Assembly (NCBI GenBank): GCA_964424705.1
Contig: CAYRKB010000006.1
Location: 4,554-56,899 of the forward strand
Direction of reading: 5' to 3'
Length of the DNA: 52,346 nt
Origin: an uncultured Victivallales bacterium
Lineage (GTDB): Bacteria; Verrucomicrobiota; Kiritimatiellia; UBA8416; CAYRKB01
Both the position numbers and the translations under genes were made by a program. The stretch's first letter is position 1; every line of letters starts with the position of its first letter. Shown in pieces: positions 18,920 through 29,265 of the stretch. Under the pieces are notes generated by a model. It had not been told where the DNA came from and did no database searches. It was given only the letters and a program-made list of their open reading frames with translations.

Positions 18920-19020
18920 AGAAGCGGATGATTGTTGCGAATCAGTAGGTGATGATTCCTGACAGACTGAGTAAGAGTGAACGGGACATCAATCAGATTA
19001 CATCCGCGCCGCTGCGTGAC
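18894..19020. repeat. Imperfect 18-bp inverted repeat pair (possible empty cassette)
   Basis: GTCACGCAGAGGCGCAGA (18894-18911) versus TCCGCGCCGCTGCGTGAC (19003-19020), 16 of 18 complementary. Confidence 0.6.
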
Positions 19021-19041
19021 GCCGCGCTAAGGAAGGAACCG

Positions 19042-19590
19042 ATGAGCGTTCAAAAGACAACAGCGGCCAGGCAGGATTCCCGCCCCGGTTTGCTCCAGTT
19101 GATACGCAGCGACATCCGGGCCAAGGCGGAGTGGGTGTATGGATCCGTGTCCGGCAAGACGCTGCTGAAGGCCCTGCTCACGGATGGCACGTTCGCAATG
19201 ATCGTGTATCGTTTGATGCAGGCGTCGCAGCGCTGCCACCTGACCCCTCTGGCGATGCTGTTCAACAAAGCCAACAATGTGTTCGGGCGCTGCATCATCG
19301 GGCGTCGCGCCGAATTCGGTCCGGGCTTTGTTCTGATTCACAGTGATGGCGTGGTCATCAATTCATCCGTCAGAGGCGGCCGAAACGTCAAGCTGGAACA
19401 TGCTGTGACAATCGGCGCGGACCGCAACGAATCACCTGTGCTTGGCGATGATGTGTTCGTGGGGGCTGGCGCGAAAATTATCGGCGGCATCCGGGTTGGC
19501 AGCCGCGTCAAGATCGGTGCCAATGCGGTGGTGGTGAACGACGTCCCTGAAGGGAGCACCGCCGTCGGCGTGCCTGCCCGTTGCGTATAG
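19042..19590 (+). CDS. Hexapeptide-repeat O-acetyltransferase (CysE/WcaB-like)
   Basis: IHSDGVVIN, PVLGDDVFVGAGAKIIG, IGANAVV..DVP..STAVGVPA; SD AAGGA. Confidence 0.9.
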   Translation: MSVQKTTAARQDSRPGLLQLIRSDIRAKAEWVYGSVSGKTLLKALLTDGTFAMIVYRLMQASQRCHLTPLAMLFNKANNVFGRCIIGRRAEFGPGFVLIHSDGVVINSSVRGGRNVKLEHAVTIGADRNESPVLGDDVFVGAGAKIIGGIRVGSRVKIGANAVVVNDVPEGSTAVGVPARCV

Positions 19591-20324
19591 ATCACGTCAG
19601 CCCCGTGCCCGTCATGCCCAGTGGTTTGCGAGAAGTGGCTTGGAAGCGGCGCATTCTCCCGGCGCTCACGCTGGTCGGGTTCGCGCTTTTGGTTCTGTGC
19701 GGCCCTGTTGCCACCTGGTTGCAGTGTCGCGGGCTTCAGACACGAGCCAATGCGTCGGCGGATGCCGTCTACATGCTTGCAGGCGAGCGCGATCAAGACC
19801 GGAGGGTGGCGGCGGTCGGGCAGGTCGTTGCGGCGTGGACAAACCCCGCGCCGGTTGTTTTGACCGGCAACGACCGCGCGCGCGGGCGGTTCGAGCGAGG
19901 CGCGGGGCGCAACCTGACGATTGGAGAGTGGGCTGTACTCAAGCTGCGGGACCACGGGGCAGGCGCAACGCTCGTGACCGGCGTCTTCAACGGCACAGAT
20001 GGTGAAATGCGGGCGCTTGGAGCGTGGCTGAATGAGCATCCCGAGCTGCGCCGCGTGACGCTCGTGACGTCGCCGTTTCACGCCCGGCGCGCTGCGTGGC
20101 GCCTGCAGATGCAGCTGTTGCGACCTGTTGAAATCATGGTGTTTCTGCCTCCCGCGGAGTGGCGAGATCGCGCGCCATGGACCGTCCTGGCGGAAGTTGC
20201 GAAAATGGCGCGCGATGCCGTGGGACTGGCGGATGCCCCCTTTCTGACCCGTAGGGGCTGGAGCCGGATCGAGAAGATGCTTCGCGCAGTCGCAGAGGAA
20301 GAGGAGCAGAAATCGTGTGGATAG
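19581..20324 (+). CDS. YdcF/ElyC (DUF218) family protein; start uncertain
   Basis: N-terminal TM segment, ADAVYMLAG, T..E, LVTSPFHARRA, E..K motif. Confidence 0.8.
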   Translation: MRIDHVSPVPVMPSGLREVAWKRRILPALTLVGFALLVLCGPVATWLQCRGLQTRANASADAVYMLAGERDQDRRVAAVGQVVAAWTNPAPVVLTGNDRARGRFERGAGRNLTIGEWAVLKLRDHGAGATLVTGVFNGTDGEMRALGAWLNEHPELRRVTLVTSPFHARRAAWRLQMQLLRPVEIMVFLPPAEWRDRAPWTVLAEVAKMARDAVGLADAPFLTRRGWSRIEKMLRAVAEEEEQKSCG

Positions 20325-20448
20325 CCTGAACGCTACAGGCCCCTCTGGCGGTTGAGTCTCCGCCTCTGGCGCAAGTGCGTTCGCCTGCGCAACGGATGAT
20401 GAGCTGCTCAACGGCATTGCATTTGGCCTCGAGTCTTTGTCGGGTGAG

Positions 20449-20490
20449 GTAGGGACCTCTCTCCGAGCGGTCCGCGGACGCCTCGGAGAG
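20449..20490. repeat. GTAG-type REP-like palindrome
   Basis: GTAG-GGACC..GGTCC, overlapped by the near-perfect palindrome CTCTCCGAG-CG-GTCCGCGGAC-GC-CTCGGAGAG (20459-20490). Confidence 0.6.
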
Positions 20491-20560
20491 CCGGCAGATC
20501 ATGATAGCTCGAGATTCGGGGTTCCTTGTTCGACCGGAAGAGCGTAGACTGCTCGCCGTA

Positions 20561-20755
20561 ATGAAGCACAGCGACAATTACCATGCGAAATACGAGATCT
20601 GGGCCAAGAGTCCTGCGGTGTGGCCTTTGCCGAACATCGAAGCGTTACCTCGGTTTGGCTCTCGCAAGTTTTCCTCGTACGAAGAAATGAATGCGTGGAA
20701 AAAAGAATACCTGTGCGAAATTGCTCGCTCAGGAGGTGTTCGATGGAAGAAGTGA
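20561..20755 (+). CDS. Small hypothetical protein, partner of the downstream nucleotidyltransferase
   Basis: 64-aa ORF (KFSSYEEMNAWK) overlapping the next start and containing its SD; start could be 20501. Confidence 0.6.
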   Translation: MKHSDNYHAKYEIWAKSPAVWPLPNIEALPRFGSRKFSSYEEMNAWKKEYLCEIARSGGVRWKK

Positions 20756-21243
20756 TCCAACGATTCAACCAGTCGGCAGTTCGGTACCTGCTGATTGGCG
20801 GACAGGCTGTCCGGCTTGAAGGCTTTCCCCGGTTCTCGATGGATTGGGATCTATACATCCCGCCTCGAGATCTCGATAACATCCGGAAGATCAATGAACT
20901 GCTTGCGGGGGACCTTGACGACGCCCTGGTGCCCTTGGGGTCGAAGGGGGAGAATTTTGTGCAGACCTACCAAACTAGGTGGGGAATTCTGCAGTTTCAT
21001 CTCGGCGGCCCTGGTTTGCCGCCGTTTGACGCTGCCGAGAAGGACGCCGTGCAGCACGTGACGGAAACTGGAATGTTTGTGCGTTGCCTTGGTACCCGTC
21101 AGTTGCTTGAGAGCAAGCGCCGTAGCGGGCGTCCGCAGGATCAGAATGACATCCTGTTTCTCGAGGAGAAACTCGGCGCCTCTGGGGGCGTCGAGCCTTG
21201 CATCCCGGATAGACCGGGCTCTATTGATGACTGTAACGTTTGA
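20743..21243 (+). CDS. Nucleotidyltransferase-fold protein (toxin-antitoxin-like)
   Basis: RYLLIGGQAV..G.PR.S.DWD and KR.SGRPQD..DI..L motifs; SD AGGAGG at 20731-20736. Confidence 0.8.
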   Translation: MEEVIQRFNQSAVRYLLIGGQAVRLEGFPRFSMDWDLYIPPRDLDNIRKINELLAGDLDDALVPLGSKGENFVQTYQTRWGILQFHLGGPGLPPFDAAEKDAVQHVTETGMFVRCLGTRQLLESKRRSGRPQDQNDILFLEEKLGASGGVEPCIPDRPGSIDDCNV

Positions 21244-22438
21244 GATCGTGCTGCTCGCACTTCTGGCCTACGCGTGGGTAGGGTACCCGCTTGCCCTGGC
21301 TCTGGTATCGCGATTGCGCGCGCCGCGGTGTAATTCCGTGTCCTCCTCCTTGCCCGTCTCGGTGAGCTTTCTCTTCTCGGCTCACAATGAGGAGAAACAC
21401 ATCGCCGCGCGACTCAAGGACCTCCTTTCCGCCAGTGAGGAGCTGCGTCCGTCAGGTGTTCGGTGCGAGATCCTGGCTGGCGTGGATGGTTCCGTTGATC
21501 GTACGGCAGAGATTGCGAGATCCCTGGCGGCACCCCATCCCGACGTTCATGTTCTCGAAAGCCCTGAGCGTCGCGGCAAGATGCGCATGGTCAAGGATCT
21601 CGTCGCGGCAGCGGAAGGCGAGGTGCTGATTCTCACGGACGCCAACACCTTCTTCCGGCCGGGAAGCCCGGCTCAGCTTCTGCGGCATTTTGCGGACCCC
21701 GCTATCGGAGGCGTGTGTGGGCGACTGATTCTGAAGGAGCCCGGAGGCCGTAGGCCGGAGTCCGGAGTCCGGAGCCCGGAGGGCTCCTACTGGGATTGGG
21801 AGAGCCATCTCAAGTTCATGGAAAGCGGCCTCGATTCCTGCCTTGGCGCCAATGGCGCCATCTACGCTATCCGCCGTGAACTGTTCTGGCGGGACGTGCC
21901 TGACAATACCGTGGTGGACGATTTCGTCATCGGCATGAAGGTGCGGGAAGCAGGGCGACGGATGCTATATGAGCCCAAAGCCGTGGCCGAGGAAGAACTG
22001 CCGGAACGTGCGCATGAATGGCCGCGCAGGATTCGTATCGGGGCCGGTGATTTTCAGGCCCTGGCTCTATGTGTGCGCTGCCTGCAGCCGCACTACGGTG
22101 CCTTCTCCTGGTTCTTCTGGTCGCACAAAGTCCTGCGATGGTGTACCCCTCACATTGTAATCACCACAGTGTTCCTATCCGTCCTTCACTGCTCACTCTC
22201 CGCCGATCACGGCTCCCTTTCCAGGCTCCTGCTTGCGACGTGCCTTGGCGGCGTTGCGGCATGGGTTGCCGGGCGGATGCTGCTTTCCATCAGGCCAGCC
22301 GGGCGGGGCATTCTTTCGATCCTTCTTCTTTGGGAGCACTTTGTGACGATGCAAGCCGCCCTGTTCGTTGGTTCGCTGCGGTACTTGCGCGGCGACTTGA
22401 AAGGGCACTGGGCCCGCACGCCGCGGAGCGGGTCGTAG
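21227..22438 (+). CDS. Glycosyltransferase family 2 (IcaA/CESA-like, membrane-bound)
   Basis: YAWVGYP, AHNEE, DGSVDRT, TDAN, GANGAIYAIRR, DDF, RRIRIGAG, SHKVLRW. Confidence 0.92.
   Translation: MTVTFEIVLLALLAYAWVGYPLALALVSRLRAPRCNSVSSSLPVSVSFLFSAHNEEKHIAARLKDLLSASEELRPSGVRCEILAGVDGSVDRTAEIARSLAAPHPDVHVLESPERRGKMRMVKDLVAAAEGEVLILTDANTFFRPGSPAQLLRHFADPAIGGVCGRLILKEPGGRRPESGVRSPEGSYWDWESHLKFMESGLDSCLGANGAIYAIRRELFWRDVPDNTVVDDFVIGMKVREAGRRMLYEPKAVAEEELPERAHEWPRRIRIGAGDFQALALCVRCLQPHYGAFSWFFWSHKVLRWCTPHIVITTVFLSVLHCSLSADHGSLSRLLLATCLGGVAAWVAGRMLLSIRPAGRGILSILLLWEHFVTMQAALFVGSLRYLRGDLKGHWARTPRSGS
21736..21781 (+). repeat. Heptamer array GGAGTCC/GGAGGCC x6.5, in frame in the GT2 gene
   Basis: GGAGCCC GGAGGCC GTAGGCC GGAGTCC GGAGTCC GGAGCCC GGAG; encodes EPGGRRPESGVRSPE. 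Confidence 0.9.
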
Positions 22439-22544
22439 CTTGCGAACGGGCGTTGAGATGCAAGCACCCATAGGATGCTTAGCCAACCTGCTGCCACGGT
22501 CAGAGATGCTTAGTGCTCGTTAACTGCCGCCTCCGCGTGTAGAG

Positions 22545-23996
<1,452 letters not shown>

Positions 23997-24218
23997 AGTA
24001 GCCGGCGCCCCGCCGAATCTCCTGGGACCGGAGTGGCGGATAAGGTCGGCCGCCGTGCTGCCGGTTGACGGCACGAGGAATACGGGCAGTGCCACTCGGT
24101 GTCTTCGTCTTGCGCTGGTGTTGCCCCGGTTGACAGCGGCCACGGGTCGGGCGTAAAGTCGGAACCCAAGGAGCCGTGTCGCCGTCCGTGCGGTTGCTCT
24201 CGTACCAACAGAAATCAT

Positions 24219-25088
24219 ATGAGTTACTACAACATCCTTGGAATGGAGAAGGAGCCGTTTTCCTCCAGCCCCGACCCGGCGTTTCTCTTCCTTTCGGACG
24301 AGCATAAAGCCGCGCTCTGCCGCCTCCAGATTGCCATCGCTCTCAAGCGCGGCCTCTCCGTTCTCATGGGGGACGTCGGCACCGGCAAGACGACGCTCAG
24401 CCGCAAACTGGCCCGCGTGCTCAGCGATGACAATACCGTGTCGTTCCACATGATTCTGAACCCGTATTTCACCACGGACCGGCAGTTCCTGGAAAAGGTC
24501 GCCGCGCTCTTTCACGTTGAGGTGCCTCGCAACGCCACGAGCCTTGACTGCATGGAGGCCATCGAGCGCTTTCTCTTCCGTCGGGGGGTGGAGGAGGAGA
24601 AGACGGTGGTGCTCCTGATCGACGAGGCGCAGATTCTTCCTGATTTTGTGCTTGAAATTCTTCGCATCCTTTTGAATTATGAGACGAACGAGTACAAGAT
24701 TTTGCAGCTGGTGCTCGTGGGGCAGATGGAGTTGTTGCCACGTCTGATACAGCTGCCAAATTTCTGGGACAGAATAGCGCTCAAGTATCTGCTGCACCCG
24801 CTGGGGCACGAAGAAGTCCGGGAGATGATCGACTTCCGGCTGAGGCAGGCCGGGTATGGAAGGAAAGATCCGCTCTTCACGAACGAAGCGGTGGAGCTGA
24901 TATACTACCACACTCAGGGGTATCCCCGGCGCCTTGCGCTAATATGTCACCAGGCGCTCGAGCGGCTTGTCATGGATGACGTTCAAAGAGTTGATGTGTC
25001 AGTTGTTAGGAAGGTTATCGAAGACGAAGTGCGGCCGGCGGAACGCGACGAAGGCGTGATTCATACGCTTCCGGATGTAAGAGCATAA
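24219..25088 (+). CDS. ExeA/GspA/MshM-like AAA+ ATPase
   Basis: EPFSSSPDPAFLF, Walker A GDVGTGKTT, Walker B LLIDEAQ, LVGQMEL, TQGYPRRL. Confidence 0.92.
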   Translation: MSYYNILGMEKEPFSSSPDPAFLFLSDEHKAALCRLQIAIALKRGLSVLMGDVGTGKTTLSRKLARVLSDDNTVSFHMILNPYFTTDRQFLEKVAALFHVEVPRNATSLDCMEAIERFLFRRGVEEEKTVVLLIDEAQILPDFVLEILRILLNYETNEYKILQLVLVGQMELLPRLIQLPNFWDRIALKYLLHPLGHEEVREMIDFRLRQAGYGRKDPLFTNEAVELIYYHTQGYPRRLALICHQALERLVMDDVQRVDVSVVRKVIEDEVRPAERDEGVIHTLPDVRA

Positions 25089-25145
25089 GAGGGTCGAGCT
25101 GCACAAGAGATTACGGCGCACAGAGCGTCTGCTGCGGCAGGTTTT

Positions 25146-25988
25146 ATGGCGACGGAACCGAAGAAAGAACAACAGCCCCTGCCCGAAGAGAAGCTCCTGA
25201 AGGTGATTCAGGGGAAGGGCACTGCCGAGAAGGGCGCTCAAGCCGCAAGCGAAAGCAAGGCCGCGCAAACTCCGCCATTTGAGGCAGCGCGTCCAGTCGT
25301 TACTGCAACGACGGCCGATTCTTCTCCCAAGGCAACGACTCAACCACCCGTCGCCGCGCCTGCGGCGAAGCCGAAGCAGACCCTCAAGGTCGCCAAAGCG
25401 GATTCGGATTCATCTGTTCCTGCCTCCGTGCGACCGGCAACGAGATCCGTGCCGGCCAAACCCGCGCCGGTTCCGGATGCTCCGCGGGGCCGGAGCACCG
25501 GTTCTGGACTATCGGTTTCGACGGTCAGCCGACTCCTGGGCCTTGCCGCAGGCGGGTTTCTGACCGTGACGTGCGTTGACGTAGTTCTTGCCGCGAGGGC
25601 TCTGAAGTCCGGGAAAGACACCGTTTTGGCGTCGCAAGGCGCGATGCCTCTGACCCAGAACCAAGATGCCACGAACGCGGTCCCGGAAGTCGCGACTCTT
25701 GATTTTACCATATTTGAGCCCGCTCCGGGAAGAGAACCGCCCCCGCCCCCTCCAACGAATGTCGATTGGGTCGTTTACATGAAAGAGAACGTGAATATGA
25801 TCGGTCTTTCGGGGGGTCCCGCGACGTCCAGTCTGGAGGCTATTCTGTTTGACAAGAAGGTGCAAAAGATGCACGTTGTCAAATTTGGGCAGAAACTCAC
25901 GGTGGAACAGCGCGAAATTACCGTGGAGTCGATTATCGGCGAGGAAGTTGTGCTTTCGGACGGAAAAGTAAAGATGACGTTGAGGTAG
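25146..25988 (+). CDS. Single-TM protein with Pro/Ala linker and C-terminal GspB/GspC/MshK-like beta domain
   Basis: Low-complexity N-terminal region, hydrophobic segment, C-terminal AIL..V..GQ..VESI..EEVVL; lies between the ATPase and the secretin. Confidence 0.55.
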   Translation: MATEPKKEQQPLPEEKLLKVIQGKGTAEKGAQAASESKAAQTPPFEAARPVVTATTADSSPKATTQPPVAAPAAKPKQTLKVAKADSDSSVPASVRPATRSVPAKPAPVPDAPRGRSTGSGLSVSTVSRLLGLAAGGFLTVTCVDVVLAARALKSGKDTVLASQGAMPLTQNQDATNAVPEVATLDFTIFEPAPGREPPPPPPTNVDWVVYMKENVNMIGLSGGPATSSLEAILFDKKVQKMHVVKFGQKLTVEQREITVESIIGEEVVLSDGKVKMTLR

Positions 25989-26030
25989 CGGTTTCTTGTA
26001 TATTCAGCAGGCAGGTCACCGGTGTTACGC

Positions 26031-27764
26031 ATGATCAATTTGCAGCGGCGCAGAAACAAGGTGCGTGCGTGGATTCTCATGGCTGGCTTGCTAGGCGGCT
26101 GCGTGGGTATCGTTGCGGCCCAGGAGGTCTCTGGCGAGGACCTGCTCGTGGCGCCGCCGGCGCCACCGGTTACCGCGGCTACCGAAGTGCAGCAGGATGC
26201 TCCAATAGCCGCCCCCGTGAGTGCAGCGTCGGAAGGTCTTCGCGCGCGTCCCAAGAGCATCAGGGACTATAATCTCCCCGGCGTCACGAATAGGATCTCC
26301 CTCACGTCGCTGGATCCTTGGGATGTTACGCAATTGATTGATTTTCTTGCCTTCAAGGGCGGGCTAAATAACATTGTGATGGGCAAGGGCCTGGCCGGCA
26401 TTACGACCAAGCTGAAGTTCGCGGATGTTACCGTTGCCGATGCGTTGGAGGTGGTTCTCACGGTCAACAATCTTGCGTTCGAAGTCAGCAGCGGCATCAT
26501 AACCATTATGACCGACGCCGAATACAAGGCGAAGAACGGACATAGTTTCAACGACATCAAGCAGCTCAAGATCACGCAAATTGTCTACTCCGATGCCTCT
26601 CGCATACAGACCATGCTCCAGGCGGTCAAGAGCGAGATTGGCACAGTGGTCACGGATCCAATGACCGGCACCGTGATCCTGATCGACACGCCCGAGAAGA
26701 TCGCGGAGATGGAGGCGGTGATCAAGAGCGCGGATCTCCAGACGATCACGCGCGTCATACCTACGGTAACCCGCACATACGCCCTGCAGTACTCCAAGGT
26801 CGAAGATGTTGAGCCTGAGATTCAGGCTGTTCTCAGCAAGGAGGCGGGGACCGTGCGCTCCGACAAGCGGACCCGTACGCTCATTGTGACCGATCTCCCG
26901 CACAATCTCCAGAAGATCGACGACATGGTCGCGCTGTTCGATCGGCGCCCGCGCCAAGTCTTTATCGAGTCCAAGATCATCGAGGTGGCGTTGAGCGACG
27001 ACTTCAGCCTTGGTATCAACTGGAACCATCTGCTGGAAGGCGTGGCCCCGCGCTTCTCGCTGAATAGCGTTTCCAAGCCCGCGCTGGCCGGAACGCCGGT
27101 CGGAGCCCTCACGTATAATACCATTGTTGCCGGAGGTGACCTGAAGGTTGTTCTGGACGCACTGAAGAACATGGGCGACACAAAGATCCTTTCCAACCCG
27201 CAGATCGCCGTGATGGACGGGGAGGAAGCCAAGATCCAGGTGATCGAGGAACAGCCGTACAAGGAGACTCAGATCGAGGCCGGAACCACCAATATCTCCG
27301 GAGTGACGTACCTCTTCAGGGAAGTCGGCGTGCAGTTGGCCGTGACGCCTCGCATTAACGATGAGAAGATGGTCACCTGCAAGATCAGGCCGGAAATCAG
27401 TTCCATCTCACAGTGGTACGACGGTGCGCCGCAAGAAGGAACGCCTGTCATCAAGAAATCGCTGGCTGAGACGACCGTGATGGTGCAGGACAACGTGACG
27501 ATTATTATTGGCGGTATGATTAAAGACCAGAAGAGCTCCAGCCGGAAGGCCCTCCCGTTTCTCGGAAGAATTCCTCTCCTTGGGCGGCTGTTCCGTTCCG
27601 ATGGCGAGAGCACTCTGAACACCGAGACAGTAGTCTTTCTGACTCCCCGCATTGTTACTGGCGACGAGCCCTATCTGCGGATGAAAGACATACGGAAACG
27701 CGCCAAGCCGCTGCGTCCCGTGGGCGCTGAGACGGCGGGCAAGGAGTTCAAGGCGATCCGGTAG
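26031..27764 (+). CDS. Secretin (GspD/PilQ/MshL family)
   Basis: Signal peptide, N-domain repeats (DKRTRTLIVTD), QVFIESKIIEV, ILSNPQI, VGVQLAVTPRI, PFLGRIPLLGRLF, VFLTPRIV. Confidence 0.93.
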   Translation: MINLQRRRNKVRAWILMAGLLGGCVGIVAAQEVSGEDLLVAPPAPPVTAATEVQQDAPIAAPVSAASEGLRARPKSIRDYNLPGVTNRISLTSLDPWDVTQLIDFLAFKGGLNNIVMGKGLAGITTKLKFADVTVADALEVVLTVNNLAFEVSSGIITIMTDAEYKAKNGHSFNDIKQLKITQIVYSDASRIQTMLQAVKSEIGTVVTDPMTGTVILIDTPEKIAEMEAVIKSADLQTITRVIPTVTRTYALQYSKVEDVEPEIQAVLSKEAGTVRSDKRTRTLIVTDLPHNLQKIDDMVALFDRRPRQVFIESKIIEVALSDDFSLGINWNHLLEGVAPRFSLNSVSKPALAGTPVGALTYNTIVAGGDLKVVLDALKNMGDTKILSNPQIAVMDGEEAKIQVIEEQPYKETQIEAGTTNISGVTYLFREVGVQLAVTPRINDEKMVTCKIRPEISSISQWYDGAPQEGTPVIKKSLAETTVMVQDNVTIIIGGMIKDQKSSSRKALPFLGRIPLLGRLFRSDGESTLNTETVVFLTPRIVTGDEPYLRMKDIRKRAKPLRPVGAETAGKEFKAIR

Positions 27765-27808
27765 GGATACCGATTTCAGGGCTCAGTCGGGCCCGAACGG
27801 CGGGTCGG

Positions 27809-29140
27809 ATGGATCACAGAATGAGAAACACCGAACACCAGACCCTGAAGCGCCTTGCGGGTGGATGTGTTGTCCTTCTTTGGCCTCTGGTTGTCTGTTT
27901 TTCTATCGTCGCGGCGGCTTCTGCGTGGGCGCAGGAGCCGCTCATGGAAGAAGCAGGTCTGGACGTGGCGGCACCCGAAGTCATTCCCGAGCCATCCTCC
28001 CCGACTCAGTCCAACGCGCCGGCCGAAGTGTCAGACGAATCGTTTGGCGGCTTTGCCTGGCAGGAGAACGATGAGATTCCTCCCGCCGCAGTTACCCCCG
28101 CTGCGCCACCTCCCGCCGCGTCCCCCGCTGCTCCGCCGTCGGGCACCACGTCGGATACGGTGAGCGTCGCAGACTACAAGGTGCTCCTGCAGGAAAACTT
28201 CGAACTTCGCAAGAAAGTGACGGAAGTCACGGCCGAAAAGGCGGCGGCCGAGAAACAGCGTCAGGACAGTGATCAGCGCATCCGTGACATGGAGCGCTCG
28301 GCGCTCGAATCGGCGACCAAGATCGAGAGCCTGCAGAAATCGAAAGACGCGTTGTCGGAAAGCCTGGCCAAGGGCGCCGCGGCTCCTGCCCCGCCGGATC
28401 GTGCGCCAGAGACCGCGGCGCAACCAGGCTCGGACCTTTTCCGAAGGATGGATCAGGAGAATCTATCCCTCAGGCAGAAGCTTGCGGTCGTGGAGGCGGA
28501 GAAGGACAAAGCCCTGCAGGCGCAGGGCGAGATGCTCAAGGAGCATAAGGCGGTGGTCGAAAAGAAGAAGGCCTTGGAAGAGCAGCTTGGGAAGCTCGCG
28601 CTCTCCGAAAAGGACCAGAAGAAGACCGTTGGGAATCTTCTCGACCGTATGCCGAAGATGGAGAACGATCTGGCCGATCTTCAGAAGAAGATTCTTGAGA
28701 AAGACTCCGCCCTCATGAAGAAGGACCATGATTTACTGACGCTGAAAGAGGAGTTCTCGCAGCGGGAGAATCGGCTAATCAAGGCCGAGCGTATGGCCGC
28801 GCTCATGGATAGAACCAGGGAAGAGGTCAAGAAGGTGACCGAGAAAGAGGCCCGGGACATGCATTTCAACATGGCCGCCGTCTACGCCAAGGAGGGTCGC
28901 TACCGCGAGGCTGAGGAAGAATATCTAAGTGCGCTCAAGGTGGATCCGACCGACGCGGATTCGCATTACAATGTTGCCATCCTGTACGATGAGGAGTTTC
29001 ACGACCAGCGCCGTGCGAGCATGCACTACCGTCGCTATCTCAAGCTTCGTCCCAACGCCCCTGACGTGGACATCGTCAAGGAGTGGCTGTTGAATCTTGA
29101 GACGGGCGGCAAGCGGCCCGGCGCCGCGGAGTCCTCGTAG
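27809..29140 (+). CDS. Exported coiled-coil protein with C-terminal TPR repeats
   Basis: Signal-like N-terminus, K/E-rich coiled coil, HFNMAAVY..A...Y..AL..DP..ADSHYNVAILY. Confidence 0.82.
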   Translation: MDHRMRNTEHQTLKRLAGGCVVLLWPLVVCFSIVAAASAWAQEPLMEEAGLDVAAPEVIPEPSSPTQSNAPAEVSDESFGGFAWQENDEIPPAAVTPAAPPPAASPAAPPSGTTSDTVSVADYKVLLQENFELRKKVTEVTAEKAAAEKQRQDSDQRIRDMERSALESATKIESLQKSKDALSESLAKGAAAPAPPDRAPETAAQPGSDLFRRMDQENLSLRQKLAVVEAEKDKALQAQGEMLKEHKAVVEKKKALEEQLGKLALSEKDQKKTVGNLLDRMPKMENDLADLQKKILEKDSALMKKDHDLLTLKEEFSQRENRLIKAERMAALMDRTREEVKKVTEKEARDMHFNMAAVYAKEGRYREAEEEYLSALKVDPTDADSHYNVAILYDEEFHDQRRASMHYRRYLKLRPNAPDVDIVKEWLLNLETGGKRPGAAESS

Positions 29141-29265
29141 CGAGCGGACCCCCGTGGGGGGGGGCGGGGGCTGTGCCTACGTGCGCGACTCCACGGAGCT
29201 CTTTGCGGTGTTGCCCTCTCGTCCCTGCCCCCTGAAGGATGTTCCTGCAAGCCTGATGCCTCAGG

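Noticed and set aside
22184-22218. Degenerate 7-mer run (CTTCACT GCTCACT..GATCACG GCTCCCT) in the GT2 gene
   Set aside because: It is too decayed to distinguish from chance, though it may be an old insert.
23997-24218. Intergenic region with two CCGGTTGAC copies and small hairpins, as a possible riboswitch
   Set aside because: I could not match a known aptamer consensus by eye. An Rfam/Infernal search would be needed.
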